The notes: generated by a model not told the origin, from the letters alone. DNA of 64,000 nucleotides from Planctomycetota bacterium (GCA_036479435.1 JAZGFI010000147.1:1-64000); one strand, 5' to 3'; numbered from the stretch's first letter, positions 9,357-19,877 are shown. Translations and numbers: made by a program.

Positions 9357-10643
9357 ATGTTCATTTCGAATGCCAATCGGTCGCCTCGAGCTTCTTCATG
9401 GTTGAGGATTTCGCGTCCCTCGAGTGTTGCCACGTTACTGCTTACCGTTCTCTTGACGGCGGCAGCCGCCTGCGGCCAAGGCCTGCCCAAGAAAGACCTG
9501 CCCAAAAAAGACGCGACCAAGAACGCGTTCCTGATGCATCGGGGCGATCTCCACAACACCGGTCAGTCGCCTTCGGCGACCGATGCGGTCGAGGGGAAAG
9601 TCGAATGGACTTTCACGGTGGCGAGTCAGGTGGCGGTGAGCCCGCTGTCTGAGGGCAACATCGTCTACTTCGCAGACACCCTGTCAAAAATCTACGCCGT
9701 CGATATTGAGAAGCAAGAAATCTTGTGGCAAACGAAACCTCGTGCTGCCCGAGCCAAGACGATGATCAAGGGCGCCGGCCCGAAAAAGGTTGACATGACC
9801 AATCCGGTCAGCCGAAACTTGGCGGACCAGTCCTTCGAATTCTCAGCTCCGGTCATCGCCGGCGATCGGCTTATCGGGGCGACTCGTCAGGGCACCTTTT
9901 TCGCGGTCGACAAAAAGACCGGCGAGATCCTTTGGGAAAAGGACCTGGGCGCTGAGATCTATTCTTCGATGCGCTACGCCGACGGCAAGATCTTGTTCGG
10001 GACTCTCGACAAGTACTATTACGCAGTTGATCCCGCGGACGGCTCGATCATCTGGAAGTACGAATGTGGCGATATCGTGGGGTCTACGCCAGCGATCAGT
10101 GTACGCGGGCGCAAGATCTACTTGCTCTGCTACGACAAGAACTTGCACATCATCAACCTCAAGACCGGCAAAGGCATTGAGGTCATTCGCATCGGCTATC
10201 GCAGCAACTCGAGTGTTCTTTTGGCTGAGGGTTGCCTCTTCTTCACGGCGACGGGGCACAAGTTCATTTGCTTCGACCTTTACGAGAAGAACAAACGCTG
10301 GGAGCATGACTCAGTCACCTTGACTCAACACGGAATTGGATACCAGCGAGGGAAAGGAGTTATCTTCATCACCCTCAGTAACCGGTTCAGGTGCTATCGG
10401 ATCGGCGACGGCGGGTTGGTTTGGGAAATCGTCATGCGGGATAAGAGCGGGAACTCTCCTTGCATCGGAAAAGAACTCGTCTATTCGGTCGACAACTCCG
10501 GGAAGATCTATGCCGCAAACATGAAGACCGGAAAGGAAATCTGGACCCAGTCGATGGAGAAAGCCAGTTCGGCCGCTCCCATCCTGGTCAACGGTCGGCT
10601 CATCGTGTGTGATGCCAAGGGTCGTATCTACGTTCTGAAATGA
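9357..10643 (+). CDS. Secreted PQQ-binding-like beta-propeller repeat protein (BamB-like)
   Basis: Signal/lipobox-like LLTAAAACG, HRGD, repeated AVDxxTGxxxW blades. The start codon is approximate. Confidence 0.85.
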   Translation: MFISNANRSPRASSWLRISRPSSVATLLLTVLLTAAAACGQGLPKKDLPKKDATKNAFLMHRGDLHNTGQSPSATDAVEGKVEWTFTVASQVAVSPLSEGNIVYFADTLSKIYAVDIEKQEILWQTKPRAARAKTMIKGAGPKKVDMTNPVSRNLADQSFEFSAPVIAGDRLIGATRQGTFFAVDKKTGEILWEKDLGAEIYSSMRYADGKILFGTLDKYYYAVDPADGSIIWKYECGDIVGSTPAISVRGRKIYLLCYDKNLHIINLKTGKGIEVIRIGYRSNSSVLLAEGCLFFTATGHKFICFDLYEKNKRWEHDSVTLTQHGIGYQRGKGVIFITLSNRFRCYRIGDGGLVWEIVMRDKSGNSPCIGKELVYSVDNSGKIYAANMKTGKEIWTQSMEKASSAAPILVNGRLIVCDAKGRIYVLK

Positions 10644-10930
10644 ACGAGCCCTCTCCGGAAAAAATGGTATCTGCGACCGTGCATGGTCGCGTCCAGGGCG
10701 TCGGTTTTCGCTGGGCAACTCGCGAGCGGGCTCAGAGTCTTGAATTGCGGGGATGGGTTCGAAATGATCCCGAGGGAACCGTGAGCCTAGAGGCCGCTGG
10801 TTCCCGAACCGCGTTGACAGCTTTTCATGAGTTCTTGCGGCAAGGGCCGCCAGGTGCAGATGTCGTGAGGGTCGATTGGGAGCCAGGGTTTTCCATCGAT
10901 GCTGCGATGAATTTTGTCATTCGAAGATGA
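10640..10930 (+). CDS. acyP: Acylphosphatase
   Basis: VHGRVQGVGFR and GWVRNxxxGTV signatures. Confidence 0.93.
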   Translation: MNEPSPEKMVSATVHGRVQGVGFRWATRERAQSLELRGWVRNDPEGTVSLEAAGSRTALTAFHEFLRQGPPGADVVRVDWEPGFSIDAAMNFVIRR

Positions 10931-10933
10931 GCC

Positions 10934-11968
10934 ATGCTTGAGATCAAAGACCTTCACAAATTCTACGGTTCGTTTCATGCGGTGAAGGGCATCAGTTTTG
11001 ATGTTCAACCCGGTGAGATTGTGGGTTTTCTCGGTCCCAATGGGGCAGGGAAGACGACGACAATGAAAATCATCGTCGGCTACATGTCGATGAGTTCTGG
11101 CGACGTGCGAGTGAATGGCTCGAGCGTCGTCGATGACTCTCTCGCGGTTCGCGAGTGCATCGGCTACTTGCCGGAGCATGCGCCAATCTACGAAGACATG
11201 ACCGTTCTCGAGTACTTGTCTTTCATCGCGTCGATGCGTGCACTGAAAGGGTCGAGACGCAAAGAGCGTATTGAATACGTCATCGGCGTCTGTGCCCTGC
11301 AGCCCAAGCGTCGAGCGAGCATTAAGACGCTGTCCAAAGGCTACCGTCAAAGGGTGGGCTTGGCGCAAGCGATCATTCACGAGCCGAAGCTCGTCATCCT
11401 CGACGAACCAACTGTCGGTCTCGATCCCAATCAGATTATCGAGATCCGCGAACTGCTGCGGGCGATCGGCGAAAAGAACACCGTGGTCCTTTCGAGTCAC
11501 ATTCTCTCGGAGGTCGAGGCGACTTGTAGCCGAGTCATCATCGCCGCGGACGGCCGCATCGTCGCTCAGGGTACACCCAAGGACCTCGAACGCGAGCATG
11601 CGCATCTCTTGCAGTGGCAACTTCGAGTTCGAGGTGAGAACGCGGACATCGCAGCCGCTTTGTCTGGCTTGCCCGGAGTGATCGGCGATGCGACAAGTGT
11701 TTGCAGCGACGGTGTCGCGACGATTCAATTCCAAAGCGATCACAGCGAGGGTGAACAGGGGTTCGCACCTGGCCTCAAACGCATCACCATCGAAGGAAAC
11801 CTGGTGGTCGAAGAGTTGAGAGCTGAAAGGCCAACTCTCGAAGATGTATTCAAGACACTGACCGCACCCGCTGCCACGACATCGGCGGCCTTCGCCGCGG
11901 AGGAGGCAACTTTGGCGGCAGCACTGGATGAGGCCCCCATTGGCGGGGACAAGGAGAACCAGGAATGA
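10934..11968 (+). CDS. ABC transporter ATP-binding protein (GldA-like)
   Basis: GPNGAGKTT, LSKGYRQRVGLAQA, ILDEPTVGLDPNQI, SSHIL. Confidence 0.92.
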   Translation: MLEIKDLHKFYGSFHAVKGISFDVQPGEIVGFLGPNGAGKTTTMKIIVGYMSMSSGDVRVNGSSVVDDSLAVRECIGYLPEHAPIYEDMTVLEYLSFIASMRALKGSRRKERIEYVIGVCALQPKRRASIKTLSKGYRQRVGLAQAIIHEPKLVILDEPTVGLDPNQIIEIRELLRAIGEKNTVVLSSHILSEVEATCSRVIIAADGRIVAQGTPKDLEREHAHLLQWQLRVRGENADIAAALSGLPGVIGDATSVCSDGVATIQFQSDHSEGEQGFAPGLKRITIEGNLVVEELRAERPTLEDVFKTLTAPAATTSAAFAAEEATLAAALDEAPIGGDKENQE

Positions 11969-12723
11969 CGCGGACGCTCGCGATTTGGCGCAAAGAGCTG
12001 AAAAGCTATTTCAACTCTCCTATCGCCTACGTCTTTATGGTGTTGTTTTTGTTGTACGCGGCGGCGAAGTTCTTCATTTGGTCCTCGCCAGGGCCATACG
12101 GTGCTTTCCGGGGCAACTTCTTTATCCAAGGGGAGGCGTCTTTGACGGACTACTTCTCGGTCTTCCCGCTCGTGTTGGCGTTTTTGGTGCCCGCACTTTG
12201 CATGAGACTATGGCCCGAAGAGTACAAAAGCGGCACCGTCGAAGTGCTGATGACTCTGCCCGTCAAACCCTGGCAAGTTGTCTTTGGCAAGTTCTTCGCC
12301 ATGGTGACGATCTTGCTCTTCACCTTCGTCCTTTCCTTTTCTGTTCCCTGGGCCGTCAACCTCATGGCGGTCGACGGGCTAGATTGGGGCCCGGTGATTG
12401 GGGGCTACGTCGCTGCCTTTTTGATGGGTACCGCCTACTGTTCCATTGGTCTCCTCACTTCGGCCTTCGCGCGCGAGCAAGTCGTCGCCCTGTTGGCGGC
12501 CTTGTTCATCTGTCTACCTTTGGCGGTGGCCGGGACGCCCGACATCGACCTATTCACGCCGACTTGGTTGTCGCCCTTCGGTAAGTTCATCGGTTTCTCG
12601 GTGAGGTTCGAGAGCATCGAAAAGGGCGTGTTAGATGTGCGAGACATGCTCTACTTCACGAGTTTCACCGGGCTCTTTGTGTTCTTGAACATCGTCGTCG
12701 TCGAATTTCGACGCCTGCGTTGA
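11965..12723 (+). CDS. ABC-2 type permease (GldF-like)
   Basis: KELKSYFNSPIAY, EEYKSGTVEVLMTLP, GVLDVRD; six TM segments. Confidence 0.88.
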   Translation: MTRTLAIWRKELKSYFNSPIAYVFMVLFLLYAAAKFFIWSSPGPYGAFRGNFFIQGEASLTDYFSVFPLVLAFLVPALCMRLWPEEYKSGTVEVLMTLPVKPWQVVFGKFFAMVTILLFTFVLSFSVPWAVNLMAVDGLDWGPVIGGYVAAFLMGTAYCSIGLLTSAFAREQVVALLAALFICLPLAVAGTPDIDLFTPTWLSPFGKFIGFSVRFESIEKGVLDVRDMLYFTSFTGLFVFLNIVVVEFRRLR

Positions 12724-12735
12724 GGAGGGTTTGTC

Positions 12736-14625
12736 ATGAACGTAAAAAAGCCGCTTTCCATTCTCTCCGTGCTGCTCACTGCCGTCTTGGTGTTCGGCAA
12801 CATCGTGGTCTTAAACTTGCTGTGCCGAAAAGTCGACCAGCGTTGGGACCTCACCGAGGACAAGCGATATGAACTCGGCGAGGGCACAAGTAATATTCTC
12901 AGCCGCCTCGACGACACGGTTTCGGTCAAGGCTTATGTTTCGAGTAACTTGCCGAAGCGTTACGCACCTTTGGAGCGGCTTCTAATTGAGAAGCTCCAGG
13001 AGTACGAAAAAGAAGCTGGCGGCAAACTCATCTTTGAGTTTGTGGATCCTGATATCGACAAGAGCGCCAAACAAGAATGCGATGACCTCGGCATTCAGCC
13101 GGCTCGGCTCAACGAGTTCGAAAGAACGACGAGCCAGGTCGTCACGAGCTACATGGCGATAGTCTTTCGCTACGGCGATCGCAAAAAAGTCGTGAACTTC
13201 TTCATCGACTTGCGTACGTCCCTGGATGACCAAAATCGATTCGTTTCGGATCTTGAGTATCACCTCACGCGCGGAATTCAGTCGATCTCCACCGACAGAA
13301 AAACCGTGGCGATCCTCGCGAACACGCAGATGGTTCCGTCAGATCCGCGAAACCCCAAAAGTGAAAAGCGCCCCTACCAGGGTTTGACCAACATCAAAGC
13401 CACGCTCGAACGTTCCTTTGACGTTTTAGAGTTGGACATCAAGGAAGTGAACCGCGGCGTCAATCTCCCCGAGAACCTTGATGCCATGCTGGTGCACGGC
13501 ATCCCGGAGACGACAGAAGTCGGTCGCTACATTATCGACCAGTTTATCATCGGCGGCGGCAACGTGCTGTTCATGGTGGATGCGGGTGCGGTCGACAGTC
13601 AGCCGAAACCCAAGGCGACGGTTATCGGCAAGCAGCGCGTGCGAGACTTCGACCTTCCGACATTTAAGGCGGTGGTCATCAACCACGGATTGAATCCATG
13701 GCTCGAGCACTTCGGACTGCGACTTGAGGCAGATTTCATTCTCGATTCTTCTGCCTTCGAGACGGTCTACATCAAAGACCGCCAACTCAAGCGGAATATC
13801 CTGAACCAAGTGGTCGTGCAGCCAGTGACCGATAACGGCCCCTACTTCAACTGGGTCAAGGTGCCAGCGCGCGGCGAGGACGGTGCACTCTTGTCAGAGA
13901 AGCAAGTCGCTCCCGACCAGCTGATCTTCCCGCCCCGAGATACTGTCGTTTTCACATCGGCTTCTCCCCTGACCTTGTTGGAGGACCGCCTCAAGGCTCA
14001 GGGCGCCAAGTCGACGGTCTTGATTCGATCCGGCCCAGGAAGCTGGACCCGGCCGATCAAGGGCGAGTCGTTTTCGCCGGATCCCAAACAGCAGATGCTG
14101 ACCCCCGGAGAGGGGATGTTCCCGATCATGGTGATGCTGAGCGGGAAATTTTCCTCGTACTACAAAGGCAAGGATGTCCCCGCCGTGTTGGGTGCCAACG
14201 GCGAACCGCTTCCGGTGCCACAAGAGCGCAAAGACTGTCGGCGTGACGATGCGGCGGAGGAGGGGACGATCCTCTTTCTTGGGGATGCTGATTGCGCCCA
14301 TGACCGTATGTTGCAGGGGATCATGCAGATTGAGGCCGAAGTCAACAAAGTTGGCAGTCGCTTGCTCGCACAGAAAAAAGCGACGTCGATGGTGAAGCTC
14401 GTCAGCAACTCGATGGATTTGCTTTGCTTCGGCGGTGAAGCGGGCGATTTGTTCGAAGTGAAGAACAAGCTCTTGGTGCGGTCACGGGCCATCAAGTCGG
14501 TTGAGGATCATCCCGACGACAAGAGTCTTATCGACCTCGTCGTCTTTTTTCTCATTCCCGGGTTCGTCGTGGCACTGGGCATCTTGCGATGGATCTTTCG
14601 CCGCGTGACGGCGGTGGCCAGTTAG
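12736..14625 (+). CDS. GldG-family ABC auxiliary component
   Basis: N-terminal TM, WDLTEDKRYEL, IDQFIIGGGNVLFMVD, C-terminal TM; follows GldA/F-like genes. Confidence 0.82.
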   Translation: MNVKKPLSILSVLLTAVLVFGNIVVLNLLCRKVDQRWDLTEDKRYELGEGTSNILSRLDDTVSVKAYVSSNLPKRYAPLERLLIEKLQEYEKEAGGKLIFEFVDPDIDKSAKQECDDLGIQPARLNEFERTTSQVVTSYMAIVFRYGDRKKVVNFFIDLRTSLDDQNRFVSDLEYHLTRGIQSISTDRKTVAILANTQMVPSDPRNPKSEKRPYQGLTNIKATLERSFDVLELDIKEVNRGVNLPENLDAMLVHGIPETTEVGRYIIDQFIIGGGNVLFMVDAGAVDSQPKPKATVIGKQRVRDFDLPTFKAVVINHGLNPWLEHFGLRLEADFILDSSAFETVYIKDRQLKRNILNQVVVQPVTDNGPYFNWVKVPARGEDGALLSEKQVAPDQLIFPPRDTVVFTSASPLTLLEDRLKAQGAKSTVLIRSGPGSWTRPIKGESFSPDPKQQMLTPGEGMFPIMVMLSGKFSSYYKGKDVPAVLGANGEPLPVPQERKDCRRDDAAEEGTILFLGDADCAHDRMLQGIMQIEAEVNKVGSRLLAQKKATSMVKLVSNSMDLLCFGGEAGDLFEVKNKLLVRSRAIKSVEDHPDDKSLIDLVVFFLIPGFVVALGILRWIFRRVTAVAS

Positions 14626-14632
14626 GGAAACC

Positions 14633-15757
14633 ATGAAGAACATCATCCTTGGATTCTTGCTCTTAGCACAGATCACGGTGTGGTTCGTCATCGACCCGCC
14701 CTGGGGCCAACGAAAAGCGCGCACCGACATCGTGGACCAAAAAAAGCTTGAGGCGGTGGCAACCGACCAAGTTGGCCGCATTAGGATTCAGCCACCTGGC
14801 TTGGAGTCTTTGACGCTCGAGAAATCTAAAGACCGGTGGACCATTCGCGAGGCGCAGGGTTTTCCGGCGACGGAATCCACGGTTGCGGCCTTGCTGCTCG
14901 AGATGGATCTATTGGCAAAGAGCGGTTTTCGCTCGCCCAAGTCAGCAATGCATGACACTTACGAAGTCAGTGCTGCCAAGGGAACGAGGCTCACCTTGGA
15001 AACCGCTGATGCCAAGTTGATCGGCAAGTACATCATTGGCAAGCGTGACATCCAGGGCCTGCAGGGGACTTTCATTCGGCTCGATGGCGATGACGATGTC
15101 TACGTGACGCCGGCGAAGAAACTCGCGAGCTTGCTAACGGTAGATCCGAAACGCTGGTACGACCCCGCGATGATGGACGTTGACTATCGCCAGCAAGCCC
15201 GCCTCAGCGAGCTTAGTTCGAACTGCTATCGGCTTGAGATCGAATCGAACGCCCCTGACCCCAAGAACCCAGAGCTGAAAGTTCGCAAGCGATTCGTTTA
15301 CGAAAAAGTCGCGGCCACCGAACCAGGCGGCGAGGCCCAATGGCGAGTGGTCGAACCCAGCGACCAAAAAGAGCTCAAACTCAACGGTCTGTTGGTGAAG
15401 GGTTTGGCTAGCGCCGTCCTCAGCACTCGCGCCGTCAATCTGATCGGGGCGACCACTCAGCCCGAATACGGCCTTGATGATCCCGACGAAATCCGACTTC
15501 GAGTCCGCGCTCGTTTCAAAGACGACAACGAAGAGACGGTTCGAACTTTGGAAATCGGAAACGAGATCCCGCCCATCCAAGCCGGTCGCCCGTCACGCTT
15601 TCGTTACGCAAAGTCCAGCTATCCCGGCGATCAACTAAAGCAGCGCTTTGTCTTTGCCATCTCGAACGTGACCCCGCGTTATTACGAGCGAGGCCCGGCG
15701 GTCTTGGAGCAAAAAGCCGACCCGAAAAAGAAGAAGGCGGCGTCAGCGCCCAAATAG
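14633..15757 (+). CDS. DUF4340-domain exported protein
   Basis: N-terminal TM, two similar halves, YGLDDP motif; usual position after gldG. Confidence 0.7.
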   Translation: MKNIILGFLLLAQITVWFVIDPPWGQRKARTDIVDQKKLEAVATDQVGRIRIQPPGLESLTLEKSKDRWTIREAQGFPATESTVAALLLEMDLLAKSGFRSPKSAMHDTYEVSAAKGTRLTLETADAKLIGKYIIGKRDIQGLQGTFIRLDGDDDVYVTPAKKLASLLTVDPKRWYDPAMMDVDYRQQARLSELSSNCYRLEIESNAPDPKNPELKVRKRFVYEKVAATEPGGEAQWRVVEPSDQKELKLNGLLVKGLASAVLSTRAVNLIGATTQPEYGLDDPDEIRLRVRARFKDDNEETVRTLEIGNEIPPIQAGRPSRFRYAKSSYPGDQLKQRFVFAISNVTPRYYERGPAVLEQKADPKKKKAASAPK

Positions 15758-15949
15758 TCGACGGATCTTAGGGCTCAGTCAAGAATAACTTCACATTCTC
15801 GCCGCTCAGCTTCACGCCATCTTCGGTCCGTGCTCAATCGCGAGAATCTTCGAATTCAGGAAGCATGCTGCGGTTCTCGCTCAATCGCCCGAACTGAATC
15901 TGACGCAAATCTGAGTGCGAACTCTGCGAGCTCATTCTTGACCGAGCCC

Positions 15950-16549
15950 TTAGGTCGGCCAAACGATCTTGAGCGACTTGCGCACCAGATCTTCAAGCTG
16001 CATGGTTTCGCTTTGCCCGGCGAGGATCTTTCGCACCGCCTGAAGGGCGGGTTTTGCGGGGCAGCCCAAGACCTCGAGAGCTTGAATCGCATCGGACTCA
16101 AGCCCCTGGCCGGCGGGTATCCCGGCGGCGGGCAAGTCGCCGACAAGAAAGGGAGCGACTTTATCCTCGAGTTCGGTGATGATCCTCTGCGCGGTTTTTG
16201 GGCCGACGCCTTTCAGGCTCCTTAGATAGTCGACGCGCCCCTCGGCAATCGCCGACGCGATCTCAGGGACTTCTGTCCGCGACAACACCGCGATGGACAA
16301 GGCCGGTCCGACACCGCTTACTTTTTGCAAGAGACGGAACAACTCGCGCTCGGGCTTTGTGCTGAATCCAAATAGACGTTGGTGATCTTCACGGACGTGG
16401 TGATGCGTCCAGATCTGAGCCACGCCGGAACTTGGCAAACGGTTGGCGGTCGACAGAGGAATCGACAAGAAATAACCCACACCCCCAGTTTCGATGACAA
16501 CTGAAGTCGGCTTCTTGTCGCTGATTTCTCCGCGAATGAACTCAAACAT
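15950..16549 (-). CDS. ruvA: Holliday junction branch migration protein RuvA
   Basis: MFEFIRG, GGVGY, VRED..LFGF, two HhH motifs (VSGVGP, LKGVGPKTAQRI). Confidence 0.96.
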   Translation of the reverse strand: MFEFIRGEISDKKPTSVVIETGGVGYFLSIPLSTANRLPSSGVAQIWTHHHVREDHQRLFGFSTKPERELFRLLQKVSGVGPALSIAVLSRTEVPEIASAIAEGRVDYLRSLKGVGPKTAQRIITELEDKVAPFLVGDLPAAGIPAGQGLESDAIQALEVLGCPAKPALQAVRKILAGQSETMQLEDLVRKSLKIVWPT

Positions 16550-16608
16550 TGATTGCCCAACTCCGTCGGTGCTGCTCTTGGTGCCCTGGTCTTCGATCTC
16601 ATCCGCAC

Positions 16609-16649
16609 AAAAAACAAGGCGCCCCGCCGAATGATTCGGCAGAGCGCCT
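16609..16649 (-). terminator. Intrinsic terminator after the TPR-alphaCTD gene
   Basis: The minus strand reads AGGCGCTCTGCCGAATCATTCGGCGGGGCGCCTTG-TTTTTT. Confidence 0.75.
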
Positions 16650-16691
16650 CGATTTTACGTTCGCGCGCGGACAGTCGAAGACGGTGTCGAT

Positions 16692-18119
16692 TCAGCGATC
16701 GACAGTGCGCATGGCAAGCCCCATCGTTTCAACCTGATCGGTGATCTCGCGCAGTGACGTCGCTCCGAAATTCCGCTGGGCCAAGAGCTCATCGGAGGTG
16801 TAGGCGATGAGCGCGCCGACGGTCTTGATATTCAGGTTGGCCAAGCACTTGCGGGAGCGAACCGAGAGGTTCATGTCGCCGCAGAGCATCTGCAAACGAC
16901 TGTCATTGGGGTCCACGCTGAAGGAAGCCGGAGCCGCGACGGGGGCGGTGGTCGCCGCTCCCCCTGGACCGGCCGCCGCTCGCGGTGCCACGGGCTCGAG
17001 TTCGTCTTCGGGACGCATACCGAGGCGAAGGCCCTTGCTGTCCAGGATCTGCTTGATCTCGTTGAGGCTTGTCTCGCCGAAGTTCTTGTAGGAAAGAAGC
17101 TCGGGTTCGGTACGCATCACAAGGTCGGCCAAAGTGATGATGTTCATCTTCGACAAACAGTTACGCGAACGGACGCTCAACTCGAAGTCGCTGACCGGGA
17201 TCTTGAGGATCTGGTTCTTCTTGTCCTGGCGAACTTCCTGATCTTCGTCGTAGTGCATGTTCAACGAAGACTCTGCGTCTTTCAGAAAGAGCAGGGCGCG
17301 CGGGTGGCGCGGGAAGGCCGCGAGCACGCGACGGTAGCAATAGACAGCATCGTGATAGCGGTCGGCGTCTTCAAACAAGACTCCGAGATTGATCAAGGCG
17401 TTGACATGAGTCGGCTGCTGGTTGGCGATACGCTCGTAGAGCGAGATAGCTTCCGAGTCTTCACTCGACATGTCGCGCCGGTAGGCCTTACGGAACAAGC
17501 AGTCGACGTGCAGGGGATTCGTTTTGATTCCCTTTTCGTAGCACTCTTCGGCCTTGTCGTAATCGTCTTCACCTTCGTAGAGCAGGCCCTGGAAGAACAA
17601 CCCGTCGGGAGTTTCGGCATAGGCTTCGCCCGCTTTTTTGAAGGCGGCTTCAGCTTGTTCTAGTTGGCCCGATGCGCGGAGTGCTTTTAGACGCAAGGTG
17701 ATCGCTTCGGGATGCTGCGAACCCGAACTCACCAGGGCTTCGGCGGCCTTGCCGGGGCGGCTCGGACGATTCTCGGTGCCGGTGCCGCCGGCGAAGAGTG
17801 CGGCTTCGGCGAAGGCGAATGCCGTTACGTCGTCGCCGTGGGATTTCTCAAGATAGTCGTAAGCGGTTTGATAATCAGCGCACAACCAGCTCGCAACACC
17901 TTGGAGTTGGCTGGCGTCGCTCTTGCCTGCCGCAACTTCACCGAGCTCTTCGACCTTCGAATCGAGGGCACGGCGCACGTACTTGTTGCTGAGGACGACC
18001 TTCCTGAGGTCGAGCAATTCGCTGAGGTCGAGTTCGTTGGGCTTTTTGCTGTGCCAGCCCCAATAGTCGACGTCGATCGTCTCTTCGATCGTCTCTTCGA
18101 TCGAGTTCTCAGAATTCAT
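16692..18119 (-). CDS. TPR protein with two tandem RNA polymerase alpha C-terminal domains
   Basis: TPR helices ([24 protein letters not shown]), then LSVRSRNCL...[11 protein letters not shown] and LSVRSRKCL...[11 protein letters not shown]. There is no alpha-NTD. The probable start is the ATG at 18119. Confidence 0.88.
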   Translation of the reverse strand: MNSENSIEETIEETIDVDYWGWHSKKPNELDLSELLDLRKVVLSNKYVRRALDSKVEELGEVAAGKSDASQLQGVASWLCADYQTAYDYLEKSHGDDVTAFAFAEAALFAGGTGTENRPSRPGKAAEALVSSGSQHPEAITLRLKALRASGQLEQAEAAFKKAGEAYAETPDGLFFQGLLYEGEDDYDKAEECYEKGIKTNPLHVDCLFRKAYRRDMSSEDSEAISLYERIANQQPTHVNALINLGVLFEDADRYHDAVYCYRRVLAAFPRHPRALLFLKDAESSLNMHYDEDQEVRQDKKNQILKIPVSDFELSVRSRNCLSKMNIITLADLVMRTEPELLSYKNFGETSLNEIKQILDSKGLRLGMRPEDELEPVAPRAAAGPGGAATTAPVAAPASFSVDPNDSRLQMLCGDMNLSVRSRKCLANLNIKTVGALIAYTSDELLAQRNFGATSLREITDQVETMGLAMRTVDR

Positions 18120-18413
18120 ACGAGTGAGTCTCCGGGGACTTGTCTGTCTGGATGGGATCGGCAACTGGCCGACGCTGAGTTTATCCTTGAAACTGGAACG
18201 CTTAAACCGCTATGGGAAAAAGTAGCGGATGGAGTCGATCGAAACCACCGAGCGCAAGCAGGGTGCCTCACGCGGTTTGGCGTCCCTTGTTTCGAGGCAG
18301 CCTCCGAGGCAAGATGCCGGACCAAGGTTCGCCCCAAGGGTGGATTCTGGCTGCCTTAGACTGGTCGACCAGGTCCCCATTTCTAACCGTAAACCGTAGA
18401 CATCAAAGCTTTT

Positions 18414-19877
18414 ATGTTCGATACCCTGACCAAGTCATTCGACTCGATTCGGCAGCGTTTTGCCGGTCGCCAGAAGCTCACTGAGGCCAACATCGGCGAA
18501 GCTCTGCGCGAGGTCCGGGTAGCCTTGCTCGAAGCCGACGTCAACTTTCAGGTTACGAAGAGCTTTATTGCCAAGATCAAAGAGGATGTGACCGGCCAAA
18601 AAGTGGTCAAAGGCGTCAGTCCCGGCGATCAGTTCATCAAGTGCATTCACGACGCTCTGACCGAACTCATGGGCCCCGAAGACCCCCATCTCGCCGAGGC
18701 CGAGTCCGGTCCGACCGTGGTGTTGATGGCCGGCCTGCAAGGTACGGGAAAAACGACCACCTGCGGCAAACTCGCCCTTCGGAGCGTGAAAGCCGAAAAA
18801 AAGGTCCTCCTTGTCGCTGCGGACGTCCAGCGACCGGCGGCTATTGAACAGCTCAAGGTTCTAGGACAGCAAGTCGGGGCCGAGGTGTTCGCGGTGCCGG
18901 GTGGCGATCCTCCGAGCATCTGCCGCGATGCCGTTGAGCATGCAAAAGCCACGGATGTTGACTTGGTCATTCTTGACACCGCGGGCCGCCTGCACATCGA
19001 CGATGAGTTGATGAAGGAACTGACTCTGGTGGCGAAGAACACTTCGCCCCACGAGATCTTTTTGGTTCTGGATGCCAACACCGGGCAGGACGCCGTCAAT
19101 AGCGCGAAGGAGTTTAACGAGTCCCTCGAGCTCACTGGCATCATCTTGACCAAGCTCGACAGCGGCACTCGCGGTGGTGCTGCACTTTCCGTAAAGCAGA
19201 CGACCGGCAAGGTCATCAAGTTCATCGGCGTCGGTGAGAAACTCGACAAGTTCGAGCCCTTCCACCCCGCTCGCATGGCCGATCGAATCCTCGGCATGGG
19301 CGATGTCGTTTCCTTGGTGGAAAAAGCCCAAGAAGCCATCGATGAGAAAGATGCCGAGCACACGGCCAAGCAGCTCATGGCCGGCACTTTCAACTTTGAC
19401 GACTTTTTGAAGATGCTGCAGATGATTAAGGGCATGGGCCCGATGAAGGACCTGATGAAAATGGTCCCTGGCATGAGCAGCAAGATGGACATGCTGGACC
19501 AAGTCGATGAACGTGAGTTTCATCGCAGCGAAGCCATCATCCAGTCCATGACTCCCAAAGAGCGTGTTCACCCCGAGATCCTCAACATGTCTCGCCGCGA
19601 GCGCATTGCCCGTGGTGCTGGAGTTGAGATTGAACAGGTCCACAATCTGATGCGCGGCTTTAAGCAAATGCGCGCGCAGATGAAGGAAATGCGCAAGTCG
19701 GGCATGCTGGGCGGCATGATGGACCCGACGAGGGCTCTCAAAAAACAGAAAGTGAAAGCCATCAAGGACATTGAGAAAGAGGGCGGCAGCGTTCTCGACT
19801 TGCCGGCCTTCAAAGGACTCAGGGCTTCGGGGCGGAGTGCCGTCGCGAAACCGAAAAAGAAGAAGAGGCGACGTTGA
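18414..19877 (+). CDS. ffh: Signal recognition particle protein Ffh
   Basis: ALLEADV, GLQGTGKTT, DTAGR, TKLD, RILGMGD and a Met-rich M domain. Confidence 0.97.
   Translation: MFDTLTKSFDSIRQRFAGRQKLTEANIGEALREVRVALLEADVNFQVTKSFIAKIKEDVTGQKVVKGVSPGDQFIKCIHDALTELMGPEDPHLAEAESGPTVVLMAGLQGTGKTTTCGKLALRSVKAEKKVLLVAADVQRPAAIEQLKVLGQQVGAEVFAVPGGDPPSICRDAVEHAKATDVDLVILDTAGRLHIDDELMKELTLVAKNTSPHEIFLVLDANTGQDAVNSAKEFNESLELTGIILTKLDSGTRGGAALSVKQTTGKVIKFIGVGEKLDKFEPFHPARMADRILGMGDVVSLVEKAQEAIDEKDAEHTAKQLMAGTFNFDDFLKMLQMIKGMGPMKDLMKMVPGMSSKMDMLDQVDEREFHRSEAIIQSMTPKERVHPEILNMSRRERIARGAGVEIEQVHNLMRGFKQMRAQMKEMRKSGMLGGMMDPTRALKKQKVKAIKDIEKEGGSVLDLPAFKGLRASGRSAVAKPKKKKRRR

Noticed and set aside
10934..14625. 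Gliding motility inferred from gldAFG-like genes
   Set aside because: This ABC family is common in non-gliding bacteria, and no T9SS or gldK-N genes are present.
15950..16549. ruvA without adjacent ruvB/ruvC
   Set aside because: Split ruv loci are common, and absence from the genome cannot be judged from one window.
16692..18119. Annotation as rpoA
   Set aside because: There is no alpha N-terminal assembly domain, and the gene is not in the alpha operon.
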